A stretch of 64,000 bases of DNA. Origin: Genypterus blacodes. Taxonomy: Eukaryota. Made by a program: the position numbers and the translations under genes. The stretch covers positions 4,686,430 to 4,750,429 of the forward strand of contig NW_027466835.1 in assembly GCF_046128005.1 (NCBI RefSeq). Direction: 5' to 3'. Positions 1-11,200 of this stretch are shown here, piece by piece; the first letter of the stretch is position 1, and each line of letters opens with the position of its first letter. The notes beneath the pieces were generated by a model. The model worked only from the letters and a program-made list of their open reading frames with translations, had not been told where the DNA came from and did no database searches.

Positions 1-204
1 AAGGAAATGCGGTTTGAAATACAGAAATACAATGAATCACCACCAAGTACATAGTTTCTATTTTTAAATGTACCGATCTCTAAAACATGAGTTGGGCGGT
101 TTGGTGTAAAGTAAATACGACTAACCTTTACCCCAACAGACAGATAGATCTTTTTGTTTTTATATCACATCAAGTTTAAGGAAACAATTCTGGCATAAAC
201 TTAC

Positions 205-330
205 CGACAAAGCTGGAGCTGTTTTAGCTAATCTTGCTGCTGCTCTTCTTTGTGCAAACTCACTGTCCTCTTAGCGACATAGTTAGCTCCTGGTGGAATA
301 TCCCATGTCCTTAGCTAATCGTCTATTTCA
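205..330 (-). other. Possible non-coding first exon of a divergent upstream gene (mfsd11 by synteny), ending at a perfect GTAAGT donor
   Basis: Minus strand reads ...CAGCTCCAGCTTTGTCG|gtaagtttatgcc, so the exon ends at plus 205. All three frames are closed or lack an ATG, so this is non-coding 5'UTR at best. The upstream exon limit is not determinable. Confidence 0.25.
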
Positions 331-616
331 CACACTTACAGCATTAACTTAAATATGACACTTTTGTTCGTGTAAAACCGGATCTCCTGGAGTATTTTCC
401 CAGCATCGGTAATTATGACTTGCCCAAAACATGAAAACGCCGTCATGTGAGTCAATCAGCTGACCGTGGTGCTGAGCTAGCTATACTATGCTACGGAGAG
501 GGTTAATAGTAAATCTACAAACACTGTGATAGGGTTAAATTGTGGAGGGACGAATCTGTATCAGCCTATCCAGGATATGTCTTGTTCGTTGGATTGAAGC
601 GGTTCACTTCCGGGAT

Positions 617-646
617 TTTGAGATCGCAAATATGGCAAATATGGCA
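617..646 (+). promoter_or_regulatory. Tandem triple AAATATGG(C) motif (YY1-like cores) in the srsf2/upstream-gene intergenic region
   Basis: The sequence gcAAATATGGcAAATATGGcAAATATGtgg carries three direct copies of a 9-bp unit. GCCATnTT on the opposite strand resembles the YY1 core. A TATAAA sits at ~670-675. Confidence 0.3.
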
Positions 647-1129
647 AATATGTGGACATTGCGACGCCCTATAAACTCCTTCTTCTTTCGCGCATAAATA
701 AATATATGCATAGTTGTATATTTTTTTTCTTTTCTAATCTATATTAAAATCGTAATATGTTGAGAAAAAGTCGATAGAAGCCATTCTGCATCAATTTTCC
801 CGCATTACATTTAGCTAGAACTTGCTTCTCATGTTTTAATTTAATTGGTATGAATGTCAAAATTACTATTATTATTTTCAGTAATTAGATTAAATTATTG
901 ACAACTGTAAACAAAATATATGCAAACGGCCCAGCTTGTTCGTATTTCTATCAAACATTCTGCTTAATTTATTGTGTTGTGTGTTTGCTATTTAAGTTTG
1001 TTTCGCTCTGAATACCATACAAGATCAATTTTATTTACCCAAATGTTCACTTTTCCACTACCCTTCGTGACTGCAGTTGCTAGCACTTGCCAGTTGATGG
1101 CGGTAAGGTACAGTTTTGTTGTTTTCCAG

Positions 1130-1376
1130 TCGTCAAGAAGAGGCGGAAGTTCCTTCTTAGAGTCGCTGGTTTGAGGCGGTTCGTGGTAGCGAGCTGCTAA
1201 GAGCGACGAGGCGACGGTGCGGAGTCGCTGTGCTGAACGATCACGCGTGTTTCTACACCGATTTGCTACGCGCTCAGATTTAAACCATCGGTAATCGAGT
1301 GTAAGTTTAATCGTTGTGTTTTTTTGGCTATAGCCGTCGAGTTCTAAACTGCTTTCATTTTGGTCAAGGCCTCAAG
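1130..1376 (+). promoter_or_regulatory. srsf2: CpG-rich srsf2 proximal promoter / 5'UTR
   Basis: Dense CpG content (gaggcggaagttcc...gcgacgaggcgacggtgcggagtcgctg...cacgcgtg...ctacgcgctc) immediately upstream of the srsf2 ATG, in contrast to the AT-rich sequence at 700-1000. Confidence 0.55.
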
Positions 1377-1747
1377 ATGAGCGCCATGGCTTTCGGAAGG
1401 CCTCCGCCCAATGTCGACGGCATGACTTCCTTAAAAGTGGATAACCTTACTTATCGAACAACTCCCGAAACCCTGAGACGAGTGTTCGAAAAGTATGGCC
1501 GGGTAGGCGACGTTTACATCCCGCGGGATCGTAACTCGAAAGATAGCCGGGGCTTCGCCTTTGTGCGTTTCCACGACAAACGTGACGCTGAGGACGCAAT
1601 GGACGCCATGGACGGCGCGCTGCTGGATGGACGCGAGTTGCGGGTCCAGATGGCCCGGTACGGCAGACCCCCAGACTCCTACTACAGCGGGGGTCGGCGC
1701 GGCGGACCCCCTCGGCGGTACTCGGGCCATGGTCGTCGAAGCAGAAG
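1377..1747 (+). CDS. srsf2: srsf2 coding exon 1 (serine/arginine-rich splicing factor 2, RRM)
   Basis: ATG at 1377. Translation [123 protein letters not shown] is near-identical to the human SRSF2 RRM. Exon ends AG|gtaaga (donor 1748), phase 2. Confidence 0.9.
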
Positions 1748-2221
1748 GTAAGAACGACCACGTTGGACGATAACTGCGTTTCGCTTGTACGCAGCCGCCA
1801 TTAAACGGTGAAATGCTAATTCATTTCAGAACCCAAACTACTTTTTTTTAAATTTCAATGGCGGTCCTGTTGGGATCTCGCGTTTTGATAATTTGCGCAC
1901 TACATATTCTCCCCTCCCCCCACAGCCACATCAATTCTAGCCGCCATTCAGTTGTCTCTATCTGCCAGTGTGCTTTACTGGGACCATGTGATTAAGGGGT
2001 TAATGATAAGTTATGAGGCTTTAAGGAAAGTTCCAATTGTTTGTTTTTTGCACATAACCGCCTTCTTAGCCCTAGTTAAATCTCTGCAAGATTACTTTGT
2101 CCTCTTTATCAGAAAAGCAGCAAGTTTTATTATCCTGAAATGCCACGAAGAACCTTGACTTTTTTAAAATTGTACAAATACAATAACTCAATGCACTGAA
2201 TGTATTCAGCCATTCCCCCAG

Positions 2222-2525
2222 CCCCAGACGCCGGAGACGCAGCCGATCCCGCAGCAGGAGCCGATCTCGTTCCAGAAGCCGATCCCGCTACAGCAGATCC
2301 AGATCTCGCTCCTACTCCCGGTCGAAGTCCCACTCTCCCAAGGAGAAGAAGGCCAAGTCAAAGTCCAAGTCCAAGTCCAAATCCAAGTCGAGGTCTCCTT
2401 CCAGGTCTAGATCCAGGTCCAAATCTAGATCCAGAAGTCACACCCCTCCATGTAAAAGAGAATCCAGATCAAGATCCAAAAGCCAGCCCAAGTCGGCACC
2501 AGAAAATGGAGGGGGATCCCCATAA
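2222..2525 (+). CDS. srsf2: srsf2 coding exon 2 (RS domain), stop TAA 2523-2525
   Basis: Acceptor cattcccccag|CC. Phase-2 join gives ...[104 protein letters not shown], matching the human SRSF2 exon 1/2 junction exactly (GRRSRS-PRRRRR). Confidence 0.88.
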
Positions 2526-5074
2526 TGCACCAGCAATGGGTATGTATCCACAACATGGGCACTGTGATATGGAGATAGTTTAAGACAGGTGGGAGGGGTG
2601 GGAGATGAACTGCAGCAAAGCCACGTGAAAGTTTGGAAGATATGCAACCATCGTATTGAAACACCTGTTATTCTATACAAGGGAATTGTAGAAACCATGA
2701 TGTGGCAGATACATTTGAGGTTGATTACAAACTTATACAAAATACTCTTTTTGTTGTGGAGACATGTTTTTCTCCCTGAATTTGATCTGTAATGTAAATC
2801 CGTGGATTGATTTGTCACTTCCTGCCACACCGACTTAGACTCTAGTTTTCAGTAAATGTCAAAGCAGAATATATTTATATATATATATATTTATTTATTT
2901 TTTTAAAGAACAGTTCTGATGGTAAACAAAATCTGGAATTCTCTCCTTCCCAAGCTGCGGCATCCAGTTTGCTAAAGCGGAGTATGAGCTGAGCTGTATG
3001 AGCAGTTAGAGAGGTGTGGTGAGCTGCCCACGGGCCGCCTGCTGCCTGTGAGGCTTTCTGTGCAGCAGGGTGGAGGCAGTCATGGTTGGGGTTTGGTGTT
3101 GAGGTACGTCTGACTGGCCACCATTGGACATAGACATTTCTCCAGGTTGGGTCCCCCGGCCCAGAGGGGGCTCTTGGTGTTTGAGGGGAACCAAGGTTTG
3201 TCTAACTTTTTCTCCAAATGTCAGTCCCATTCTGTTCAGTCCCATTTTCTGTCCTCACTTCCACCTTGCATGCCATTTCAATCAAACACGACAAAGTCTT
3301 CATTTACATCTTCTTTTGGGTCTTGGTGCAAAGCGTATAGCGAAGCTGTAATCTTAAGGGTAGCTTTTTCTGTCCCGCTTAAAAGTCAAAGACAGCCAGT
3401 CGCATAGTTCCAACAGCACAACGCAGGAACTTAAGTGTGAGCGCAGCCTCTAAACACATTTGGAACGCTTCCACTTAAAATTAGCATCGCTTGTTGTTGG
3501 CAAGTAGGCGTTGACCCAGGTTAGGGGTGTGTACATTGACATTGTTCTCCATTTTAAAAATGCAAATACAGGCCTGTTGGTCTCTATCTGAGACACGCTA
3601 TGGTTCACTCGTCCAAAGAAAGTGTCCCCATTGGTTACGGCATGAACATGAGACTTAGGGTCAATGGACTGATTTGAGTTGACAGAATGTGAACTTTGTG
3701 TTGACACTTCCCATTAGAATTCAAGACGATGGATGATTAACCCATTCAGTGCCACAATATACATTCTTTCTGACATAAAGTGAGCTCCGGGTAGGCTGTA
3801 GAACTTCCTTTATTCAGACCAAAAGTTTACAAACGAGAAAGAAAAAAAACCTGTTGCCGAGTGTCTATTTGTTTCTCTAACTGTTCTTTATTTTGACAGT
3901 TTTCAGGTGAATCCTACAGACCTTCATCTTCAAGACTGGATCCCACCCAAGCAACAGTTTCCTGCTTTAAGAGGTTATTGTGTCTTCCATGCCTAATCCC
4001 CAAACTGATTTCATTGATGTGCTTTTGCTTTTTTTAATTTACTTCCCGCCAGTTTCGAAACTTAAATGTCTACTTTGAGTTGCGGGAGGGGGAGGGGGGG
4101 TGACGCTGCAGCGGTGTTATATGCAATGTGAACATTTGTATCAGTCCGGGCTGCCTTGGTTTTCTTTCCCCTCATACCCGTTGTGTTAGCACAGTATCGT
4201 GCACAGCTTCTCCTCCCATTATTAAGAAAAATCTGCCAACTTTCATCCTCTTTCAGCATAATAAAGACACGGTGAGCAAATTAGGGGTGAACATTAATAT
4301 TTGCTTTAGTCATTTCCACATGCATTTCCCTGTATGTTATTTTTATATGAATGCACACATTTTATGAAGCTCTAAGGTCTTTGTTGGACAGGGCAGCAGT
4401 TAATTTTGAGCACATTGACTTATACATTACATTTAAAATGTAAATGCGTTTGGAATGTGCTCCAAAATGGCTGAAGAGTGCAGACTGTAGTTTGGTTAGA
4501 AGTCTGAAAGACGGTTCCCTTAAGTTTTAAAACTGTTGGGCCGATTAAAAGCCATCAGATTCATTTTACGTTAAGTTTTTATGTTTAAATACAGTCGTAC
4601 TCATTTCCTGCAGAACACAAATTTGTAGGTTTTCTATTTCTTCTTTATCATTCTAATCCTGCTTGTATTTTTTTTTTGTGTGCACTAGGCGCAGTTGTGT
4701 AGCAGTTGAGTATTGCTGGTTAGCTGTTAAGGTGGCGTGTTGCTCTGCTGAGTTACTTGGCTGTATCCAGCATTCCCCAGAATGCTCCTGTGACTACCAG
4801 TGGTATGGTTGCTACAATTTCAGCCTTTTTAGGATGAAATTTTTCCCAAATGGTAATGTAAAATGAGATAAATTTGATTAAAGGTGGATTGTTTGAAATT
4901 GCCTCACTCTTGATTTCCTCAGCTTTCCAGTATGAATTCAGTTCCTGTGCACACAGACAGATGGACTGAGAGTAAAATGCTATTAAACACTGACTGGTCC
5001 TACACATGAGTAAATGATTAAAGATAAGGGTTGATCCAGAGCCTGACCTGGCAACATTGGCTTTTGTAACTTAT

Positions 5075-5080
5075 TTTATT
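5075..5080 (-). other. mettl23: candidate mettl23 polyadenylation signal (AATAAA on the minus strand)
   Basis: Plus strand ttttatt at 5074-5080 gives minus-strand AATAAAA ~125 nt downstream of the mettl23 stop. srsf2 and mettl23 converge tail-to-tail here. Confidence 0.3.
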
Positions 5081-5201
5081 CATAAATTCCATCACAAACA
5101 TTTTCCAGATGAAGCCTTTTTCTTATTTGGGAAGAAGTGAAGAGAGGGGTTGGTGCTAAATCAAGAAAAGGGAACCAGTAGGAAATCCTCAGAGCTTGAG
5201 T

Positions 5202-5373
5202 CTATAATGGTCCGTCTTCTGTCTTCAGAGTGATGATCATCATTTGTATGCTGTGGCTGCCTGGCAGTGTTGATCCAGCTAAACAACCTTTATTAGCATT
5301 AAAACTTTCCAGCTGAACGTTGACACACCTGAGTTTCCATTTGTGGAGCAATGCTTCAATGGACCAGTCGGCA
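5202..5373 (-). CDS. mettl23: mettl23 terminal coding exon, stop TAG (plus 5204-5202)
   Basis: Acceptor ttatgtttcag|T. Encodes SADWSIEALLHKWKLRCVNVQLESFNANKGCLAGSTLPGSHSIQMMIITLKTEDGPL*; compare human SADWSLEALLYKWDMKCVHIPLESFDADKEDIAESTLPGRHTVEMLVISFAKDSL. Confidence 0.85.
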
Positions 5374-5504
5374 CTGAAACATAAAACAGCATATTTATAT
5401 AAATAAACGGTGATGCAGGGTGATGGACTGGGTTACATGTCTGTTTCCAGTGATTACCTGCCTAACATAGTGTTAAAGAGGCTAAAGAGAAAGCCTTACT
5501 GTAC

Positions 5505-5589
5505 CTTCTTTCTTGGTACGTTGTCCAAAATTGGGCTTTGGGGTTTTTCCTTAGAAGAAATGCAACTGTGACCAGGACATCTTCAAAAT
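5505..5589 (-). CDS. mettl23: mettl23 coding exon 4
   Basis: Acceptor tttcag|AT. Phase-1 join gives DFEDVLVTVAFLLRKNPKAQFWTTYQER; compare human DFEDILATIYFLMHKNPKVQLWSTYQVR. Donor AG|gtacag. Confidence 0.85.
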
Positions 5590-5680
5590 CTGAAACGGGT
5601 TCATTTCACCTCAGTTTTCATACAGATGGCTCAAGCCTGTACACTTAAAAGTAAACTGGTTCTTCAGAAAGAAAGCAAAC

Positions 5681-5918
5681 CTTCTGGCTCGTAGAAAACA
5701 TCTGATCCCAGGATGATGTCCAACTTGGGAAGGAGAACAACATCTGGTAAGACTTGTCCCCAGGTCAGGCCCAGCACACACACATCTGGGAGGCTATTGG
5801 CTTCACAGCTGCGTCTGCAGTTCTCCAGGCAGAGCGGTGTCTTGGTGCTGTCTGACAGGATCACCTTAGCGCCGCACTTTGCAGCTACGACACCCGGGAG
5901 ACTCACACCTGCACCCAG
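5681..5918 (-). CDS. mettl23: mettl23 coding exon 3
   Basis: Acceptor catttcttcatag|CTG. Encodes LGAGVSLPGVVAAKCGAKVILSDSTKTPLCLENCRRSCEANSLPDVCVLGLTWGQVLPDVVLLPKLDIILGSDVFYEPE plus 1 nt, donor gtttgc. Matches human IGAGVSLPGILAAKCGAEVILSD...DIILASDVFFEPE. Confidence 0.85.
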
Positions 5919-6004
5919 CTATGAAGAAATGATGTCGCATCTGAAGGGGATCTTCACTATGACAACAGGTGGATAAAGTACAGGTGCCATACAAAGCTTC
6001 TCAC

Positions 6005-6109
6005 CTCCAGCACCGTCTGGTCCCTCAGCTGGCTCTTGTGTGTCCACAGATACTGAGCCAGCACCACTGCACAGGGCCACACATACATGCCATACTGTGG
6101 ATCTAGAAC
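6005..6109 (-). CDS. mettl23: mettl23 coding exon 2
   Basis: Acceptor ccttctcag|GTT. Encodes VLDPQYGMYVWPCAVVLAQYLWTHKSQLRDQTVLE, then donor gtga. Strong match to the human METTL23 N-terminal methyltransferase region. Confidence 0.85.
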
Positions 6110-6610
6110 CTGAGAAGGACATTTACAGGGTTCAGGAAAATCACAAATGAAGCAACGTGCAATGAGAGTCCTGCTACATGTTCTCTTGGGCAATTCCATA
6201 CTGGCCTTCCTTATAATTTCCCTAAATACATGACGAGAGAAGTAATTAGCCTCATGTTGTGTGTCTGCATACACACAACCTCATCATGGACCATGCAGAA
6301 CTGGAAGAATTAGAGGCAAAATAGCTTCAGTAGCCCAGATTTGAATTTTAGAAAGTGCAATTTTGTGTGAAAGAACTACACACACACATAATTTTGGGAT
6401 TAAAATAAGAATCATGAGGGGGCATCTTCTGTACATCCCTTTATAGAAGCAATGCACCTTTAAATTGAATTATTTTAACTTCTGTCAACGAAACAACACT
6501 GAGACATTGGTTACCTCACTTTTACTCGAATACAGTTTCACGTTATATGTTAAATAATCTCAAGACAATGATCTAACTATGAAACCGTAGCTGTCTGTGA
6601 ACGAACACAC

Positions 6611-6709
6611 CTCAGGTATGGAGACAGCTAGTGACTGCTGCGAGTTGATTTCCTCAAATGTAAAGTCTTTGTAAACTACGCTCGGTGTTTCGGATAAGCA
6701 TTCGTCCAT
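6611..6709 (-). CDS. mettl23: mettl23 coding exon 1 (ATG at 6709 on the minus strand)
   Basis: Minus-strand translation MDECLSETPSVVYKDFTFEEINSQQSLAVSIPE, then donor gtgtgt. Joins in frame to VLDPQYGMYVWP; compare human ...RVRIPE|VLEQKYGMYVWP. Confidence 0.72.
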
Positions 6710-7296
6710 TACGTCGTTTTAATCACTGACATATTCAGTTTACAATGTGACTCTGTACTTCCTAACAGACCCATGTGGACACACTGTGGTGTAGCCGCCA
6801 ACGATCGCGTCGCTTCCCTTTCCCTCTAACCTCGACGTGAGTGACGTGCCGAACAGCCAATGAAATACACGTATAGGCTGGGCGGGAAGACCTGATCCAA
6901 TCAATAACTGTTTTTGTCTAGCTGTAGCCAATAGGATGTTAGTATCTGCAGAGTGGGCTGGAGTTATTCATGGCGATCATGTTCGGCTACACATGCATTG
7001 TATCGTCTGCCAGCTAGCTGCAAAGAAAACATATGGCTAACTAGGCAACGAGGTTTCTGAGTATATTTACAAGACAGGCTCAGAACTGTAGCCATACTTG
7101 TTGGTATAGATCCGAGTAGGAGTCTTTCACAATACGTCCCTACTGCTTATTGATGCGTTGCTGAAAGAGCAACTAAGGTGAGCTAGCCGGGTAGCCAAAC
7201 AGCGCAGACTAGCGTATGTGTTTCTCCCGGAAGTCCAGTTTAGCTCGCTAGCTAAGCGGCTGCGAATCACGCTTTCTGTCTGAGCCAGGTGAAGGA
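6710..7296. promoter_or_regulatory. Bidirectional CpG-island promoter between mettl23 (-) and jmjd6 (+) with three CCAAT boxes and a GC box
   Basis: 587 bp between the divergent start codons. CCAAT at 6857-6861, 6897-6901 and 6928-6932; GGGCGGG at 6879-6885; TGACGTG (CRE-like) at ~6841-6847. High CpG density. Confidence 0.6.
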
Positions 7297-7425
7297 ATGA
7301 ACCATAAGAGTAAGAAGAGGATTAAAGAGGCGAAACGGAGCGCCCGGCCCGAGTTGAAGGAGTCTATAGACTGGATAAAACACGGTTATCATGAGACATT
7401 CGACCTGACACACCAGACCGTAAAG
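7297..7425 (+). CDS. jmjd6: jmjd6 coding exon 1
   Basis: ATG at 7297. Encodes [43 protein letters not shown]; compare human JMJD6 [35 protein letters not shown]. Donor AAG|gtaact. Confidence 0.88.
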
Positions 7426-8313
7426 GTAACTGTCAATGTTGCAAGCAACCACCGATCTTTACTGTGATGTAGCTGCTACGCGAGCTAACGCTTCACTGTG
7501 TTTGTGCAGCTGGTCACGTAGGCAGCTCGACCCCTAATGTGCCGCTCTGCTCCTTTATGGCCACCATTGCGTACAAGACTTGGAAGCAAATACGTTGTTT
7601 AATATTTCAATATGACTTGTAGAGCACATTTGAACACTTATCCTTTATTATCCAAACATGTGACGTTCACCCAACGCAATACCACAAATCCCCAAGTGAA
7701 AACAAACTTCATCATCATTCTTCCTAATTAAGACTTTTCCCATATTTAGATTTAGATTCTATTGGAAGATATGAAGTAAATAGAAACATTTTAAATTCAT
7801 TGTGTTTTAGTGATTTGCCAGGCCAGCCTTTTACTTAACAGCACATCCCAATTGATCAGGAACGGTATTGGGTAACGTCACTCTGGTGTGAAATCACAAT
7901 TAAAGCTCATATTTATACCACAAATGAGCTCTAGGCTGCCCATCTACCACATGCAGCTTCTCAATTCACAGACACGTTCAGTTGTTACTCATAAATATGT
8001 TCAGTATCTCGTTTTAGCAGAAGGATTTTGTTCCTTTTAGCTTTTTGTAGTCAACCATTCTGATGCTTAGCTGCAGCTACAGGCAAAACTGAAGCCATCT
8101 AAGTAGACTAGATGATGTAGATTGCATGAGCATGGTTTAGCATTTTGCACACAATTCTCTAATATATGATATATTTCAAATGAATGTTGAATTGTGATCA
8201 GCTGTCATCATTTAGCTGTGGTACTGTGTGGTGCTCCCATTCTGTTACGTTGTCCCTTGATGTCAGATGTACACATCCTTTGCTTTGTGCACTGATATAT
8301 GCTTTGTTACCAG

Positions 8314-8702
8314 GACAACGTTGAGCGCGTAGATACTCTGCATCTCTCCCCTGAAGAGTTCATCCGGCGATTTGAGCGACCGTACAAGCCCGTTGTCCTG
8401 GCGAATTCCCAGGAAAGCTGGCCTGCCCGAGAAAAATGGACTATGGAACGCCTCAAGCGCAAGTACCGCAATCAGAAGTTCAAGTGTGGGGAAGACAACG
8501 ACGGTTACTCGGTTAAGATGAAGATGAAGTACTATGTGGAGTACTTGGAATCGACAAGGGACGACAGCCCTCTGTACATTTTTGACAGCAGCTATGGTGA
8601 GCACGCTAAGCGCCGTAAGCTGCTGGAGGACTACCAGGTGCCCGTCTACTTCCGGGACGATCTGTTCCAGTTTGCAGGCGAGAAACGGAGACCTCCTTAC
8701 AG
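8314..8702 (+). CDS. jmjd6: jmjd6 coding exon 2
   Basis: Acceptor ttgttaccag|GAC. Encodes [129 protein letters not shown](R), with >85% identity to human. Donor AG|gtttgg, phase 2. Confidence 0.9.
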
Positions 8703-8828
8703 GTTTGGTTTAGTCATTATAACCCTTTCGTATAGATCAAACAGCACACAACTGTGGCTATTAGCAATGGGATTAAAACAGATACTCTGTAAGATATCGG
8801 AGCATGTTAGATACAATGATGACAGTGA

Positions 8829-9137
<309 letters not shown>

Positions 9138-9597
9138 TGAAGAAGAATCCTCCTTTAAATGAGAAATGGCTGTTCATTCCCAAAACATGCTTCATCTTTA
9201 AATGAGACAAGTTGAGGCTTTTGCTGGTGTTTAGCTGTGACTTTGCTCAAGCTCTATCTTACTTGTAAGCTGTGTGAAGAGAACACAGACTGGTTTGGAG
9301 AGACGCACAGGAATAGCAGGTAATACTGCACCGTCTGAAAATTAAGGTTAAGGTGGCAAGATGTTACAGCTGTGTGACCTAGATTAACGTAATGCCAACA
9401 AGGCTTAAGATAGCGGTGAGGTCCAACTAAACCTTCAGCTGCCCCGTTGGCATGATTAAATTCCGCCTTTGTAGGTGATAATGGCCACAAGAAGTGCTGT
9501 TGGATTCTAAATCAGGGCGTTATCTTTTATTAACCATAATAGCGGCCAATGATGATGGACAAACATCAGTACGAGCTGTCATGAAGCACTTGTCTGA

Positions 9598-9792
<195 letters not shown>

Positions 9793-9933
9793 TAAGAAAT
9801 CCCGAATTTGGTTCTTGTTTTGACTCTGTTTTAATCATCTATAATTTGGATGTAAAAACAGTTGTGTGTGTGTTGGATTGTTGAAACGAATTCTGTTGAC
9901 CCTCTCTGGTTTTTCGTCCTGTCGCTCTTGCAG

Positions 9934-10072
9934 TGTTCTGAAGCAGGAGAGGCCTGACATGGCAGTGCTGGCAGACCAGGTGGACCTGCAGGAGTCCACT
10001 GGAATTGCATCTGACAGCTCCAGCGACTCTTCTTCCTCCTCTTCTTCCAGCTCATCTGACTCTGACTCAGAT
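9934..10072 (+). CDS. jmjd6: jmjd6 coding exon 5 (poly-Ser acidic tail)
   Basis: Acceptor cgctcttgcag|T. Encodes (R)[46 protein letters not shown]. Donor GAT|gtatgt. Matches human [47 protein letters not shown]. Confidence 0.88.
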
Positions 10073-10086
10073 GTATGTTGTGAACC

Positions 10087-10102
10087 CAACACACACACGC
10101 AC

Positions 10103-10164
<62 letters not shown>
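10087..10164. repeat. (CA)n microsatellite, ~38 units, in jmjd6 intron 5 starting 12 nt after the donor
   Basis: The run acacacacgcacacacgcac(ac)n lies directly downstream of GAT|gtatgttgtgaaccc. Confidence 0.95.
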
Positions 10165-10166
<2 letters not shown>

Positions 10167-11071
10167 TGCATTAATAGGAACACTAAACATAACACAGGAG
10201 CCCCATAGTGGGGTGTTGTCTTACAGTTATCAGGTTGTTTATAGTGCGTGCAGCCATACTGTAAGTTGCCCCAAACACGTGCACAAACCCTGCCTGTGCA
10301 TTTCCATCTGAAACAAGTCCAAACATGAGTGAAAAACATTCAGACAGCACCACTTTCTATCAGATTGATGAAATAGACTTGTTCTCCAAAGATTTGTCCT
10401 GCAGACCCCCGGTGATTAGCACCTTCTCATCTGTGCTGTAAACTGACCAGTGAATCTGACCTGACCTCGTAAATCTAGCCTGGGACTAAATGTCTGCTGA
10501 CATTTCCAGCTGAACCCTCTTGGTCGGTCGGTCACTCCTCCTCTTAGACTCAAAGGTCCATGACATAAAACATGCCAATGCAGAAGCTGCTGTCACACAT
10601 GAGGAAAATACTTGGACTTGTTCAAATGCATTTACTAATACTCTCCCTAATGTCAGTATAATTGGAGGCTGGCAGAAGAAAACATTGATTAACAAAGATT
10701 CAACTTGTTTCAACCAAACACTGATTCAGTACTAAATCAAATACAAACTGTTTCAGAGACGTAAAAAGTGAGGCCATAGGATATCCTTTATGTTTGCTGT
10801 ATCATAATGTTCTGCTGACAAAGGAATCTGAACAAATTGTAAACAGCTCATGCTCCTATAAAGACCCAGTCTCTAAGAACAAACCCCTCAACACAGCCAT
10901 TCAAGATGCTGTAATTTCTGGCAACAGGTGTTAAAACATGACACATGTCTGGACAGCTGTAACTTGATACACAATTCATATGTAACACTGTTTAAGTTTA
11001 GCAGGTTGAACATGTACATAATGTATCATCCCCGACCCCCCACAAACACTTGTACACTCTGTTCCTAACAG

Positions 11072-11200
11072 GCGGGGTCGGGCTCGGAAGGGGACGCCAT
11101 GTCTCACCGCAGGAAAAAGCGGAAGACCTGTTCGATGGCCAACGGAGACTCCAGCAACAAGGATGACTGTGTCAGCAAGGAGCGCAGCTCATCACGGTGA
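11072..11200 (+). CDS. jmjd6: jmjd6 terminal coding exon, stop TGA 11198-11200
   Basis: Acceptor gttcctaacag|GCG. Encodes [42 protein letters not shown]; compare human ...[41 protein letters not shown]. The six exons total 1209 nt, 402 aa. Confidence 0.88.
   Translation, partial: AGSGSEGDAMSHRRKKRKTCSMANGDSSNKDDCVSKERSSSR

Noticed and set aside
1314-1376. ORF track begins the srsf2 ORF at 1314 ([21 protein letters not shown]...)
   Set aside because: That start is a TTG; the track evidently allows non-ATG starts. The first ATG at 1377 aligns with the SRSF2 N-terminus, so the upstream 21 codons are 5'UTR.
2200-2583. 127-aa plus-strand ORF ([14 protein letters not shown]...) overlapping srsf2 exon 2
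   Set aside because: It is the +1 frame of the RS-domain repeat (AGC CGA TCC...). The correct frame, joined from exon 1, gives the canonical SRSF2 RS domain ending at TAA 2523-2525.
8263-8604. 113-aa minus-strand ORF antisense to jmjd6 exon 2
   Set aside because: Chance antisense ORF over a strongly conserved sense exon; no homology.
9831-10339. Several ORFs of 67-119 aa (poly-CV, poly-TH, etc.) around 9.83-10.34 kb
   Set aside because: These are read-through of the (CA)38 microsatellite in jmjd6 intron 5. The true exon 5 (9934-10072) is on the plus strand in another frame.
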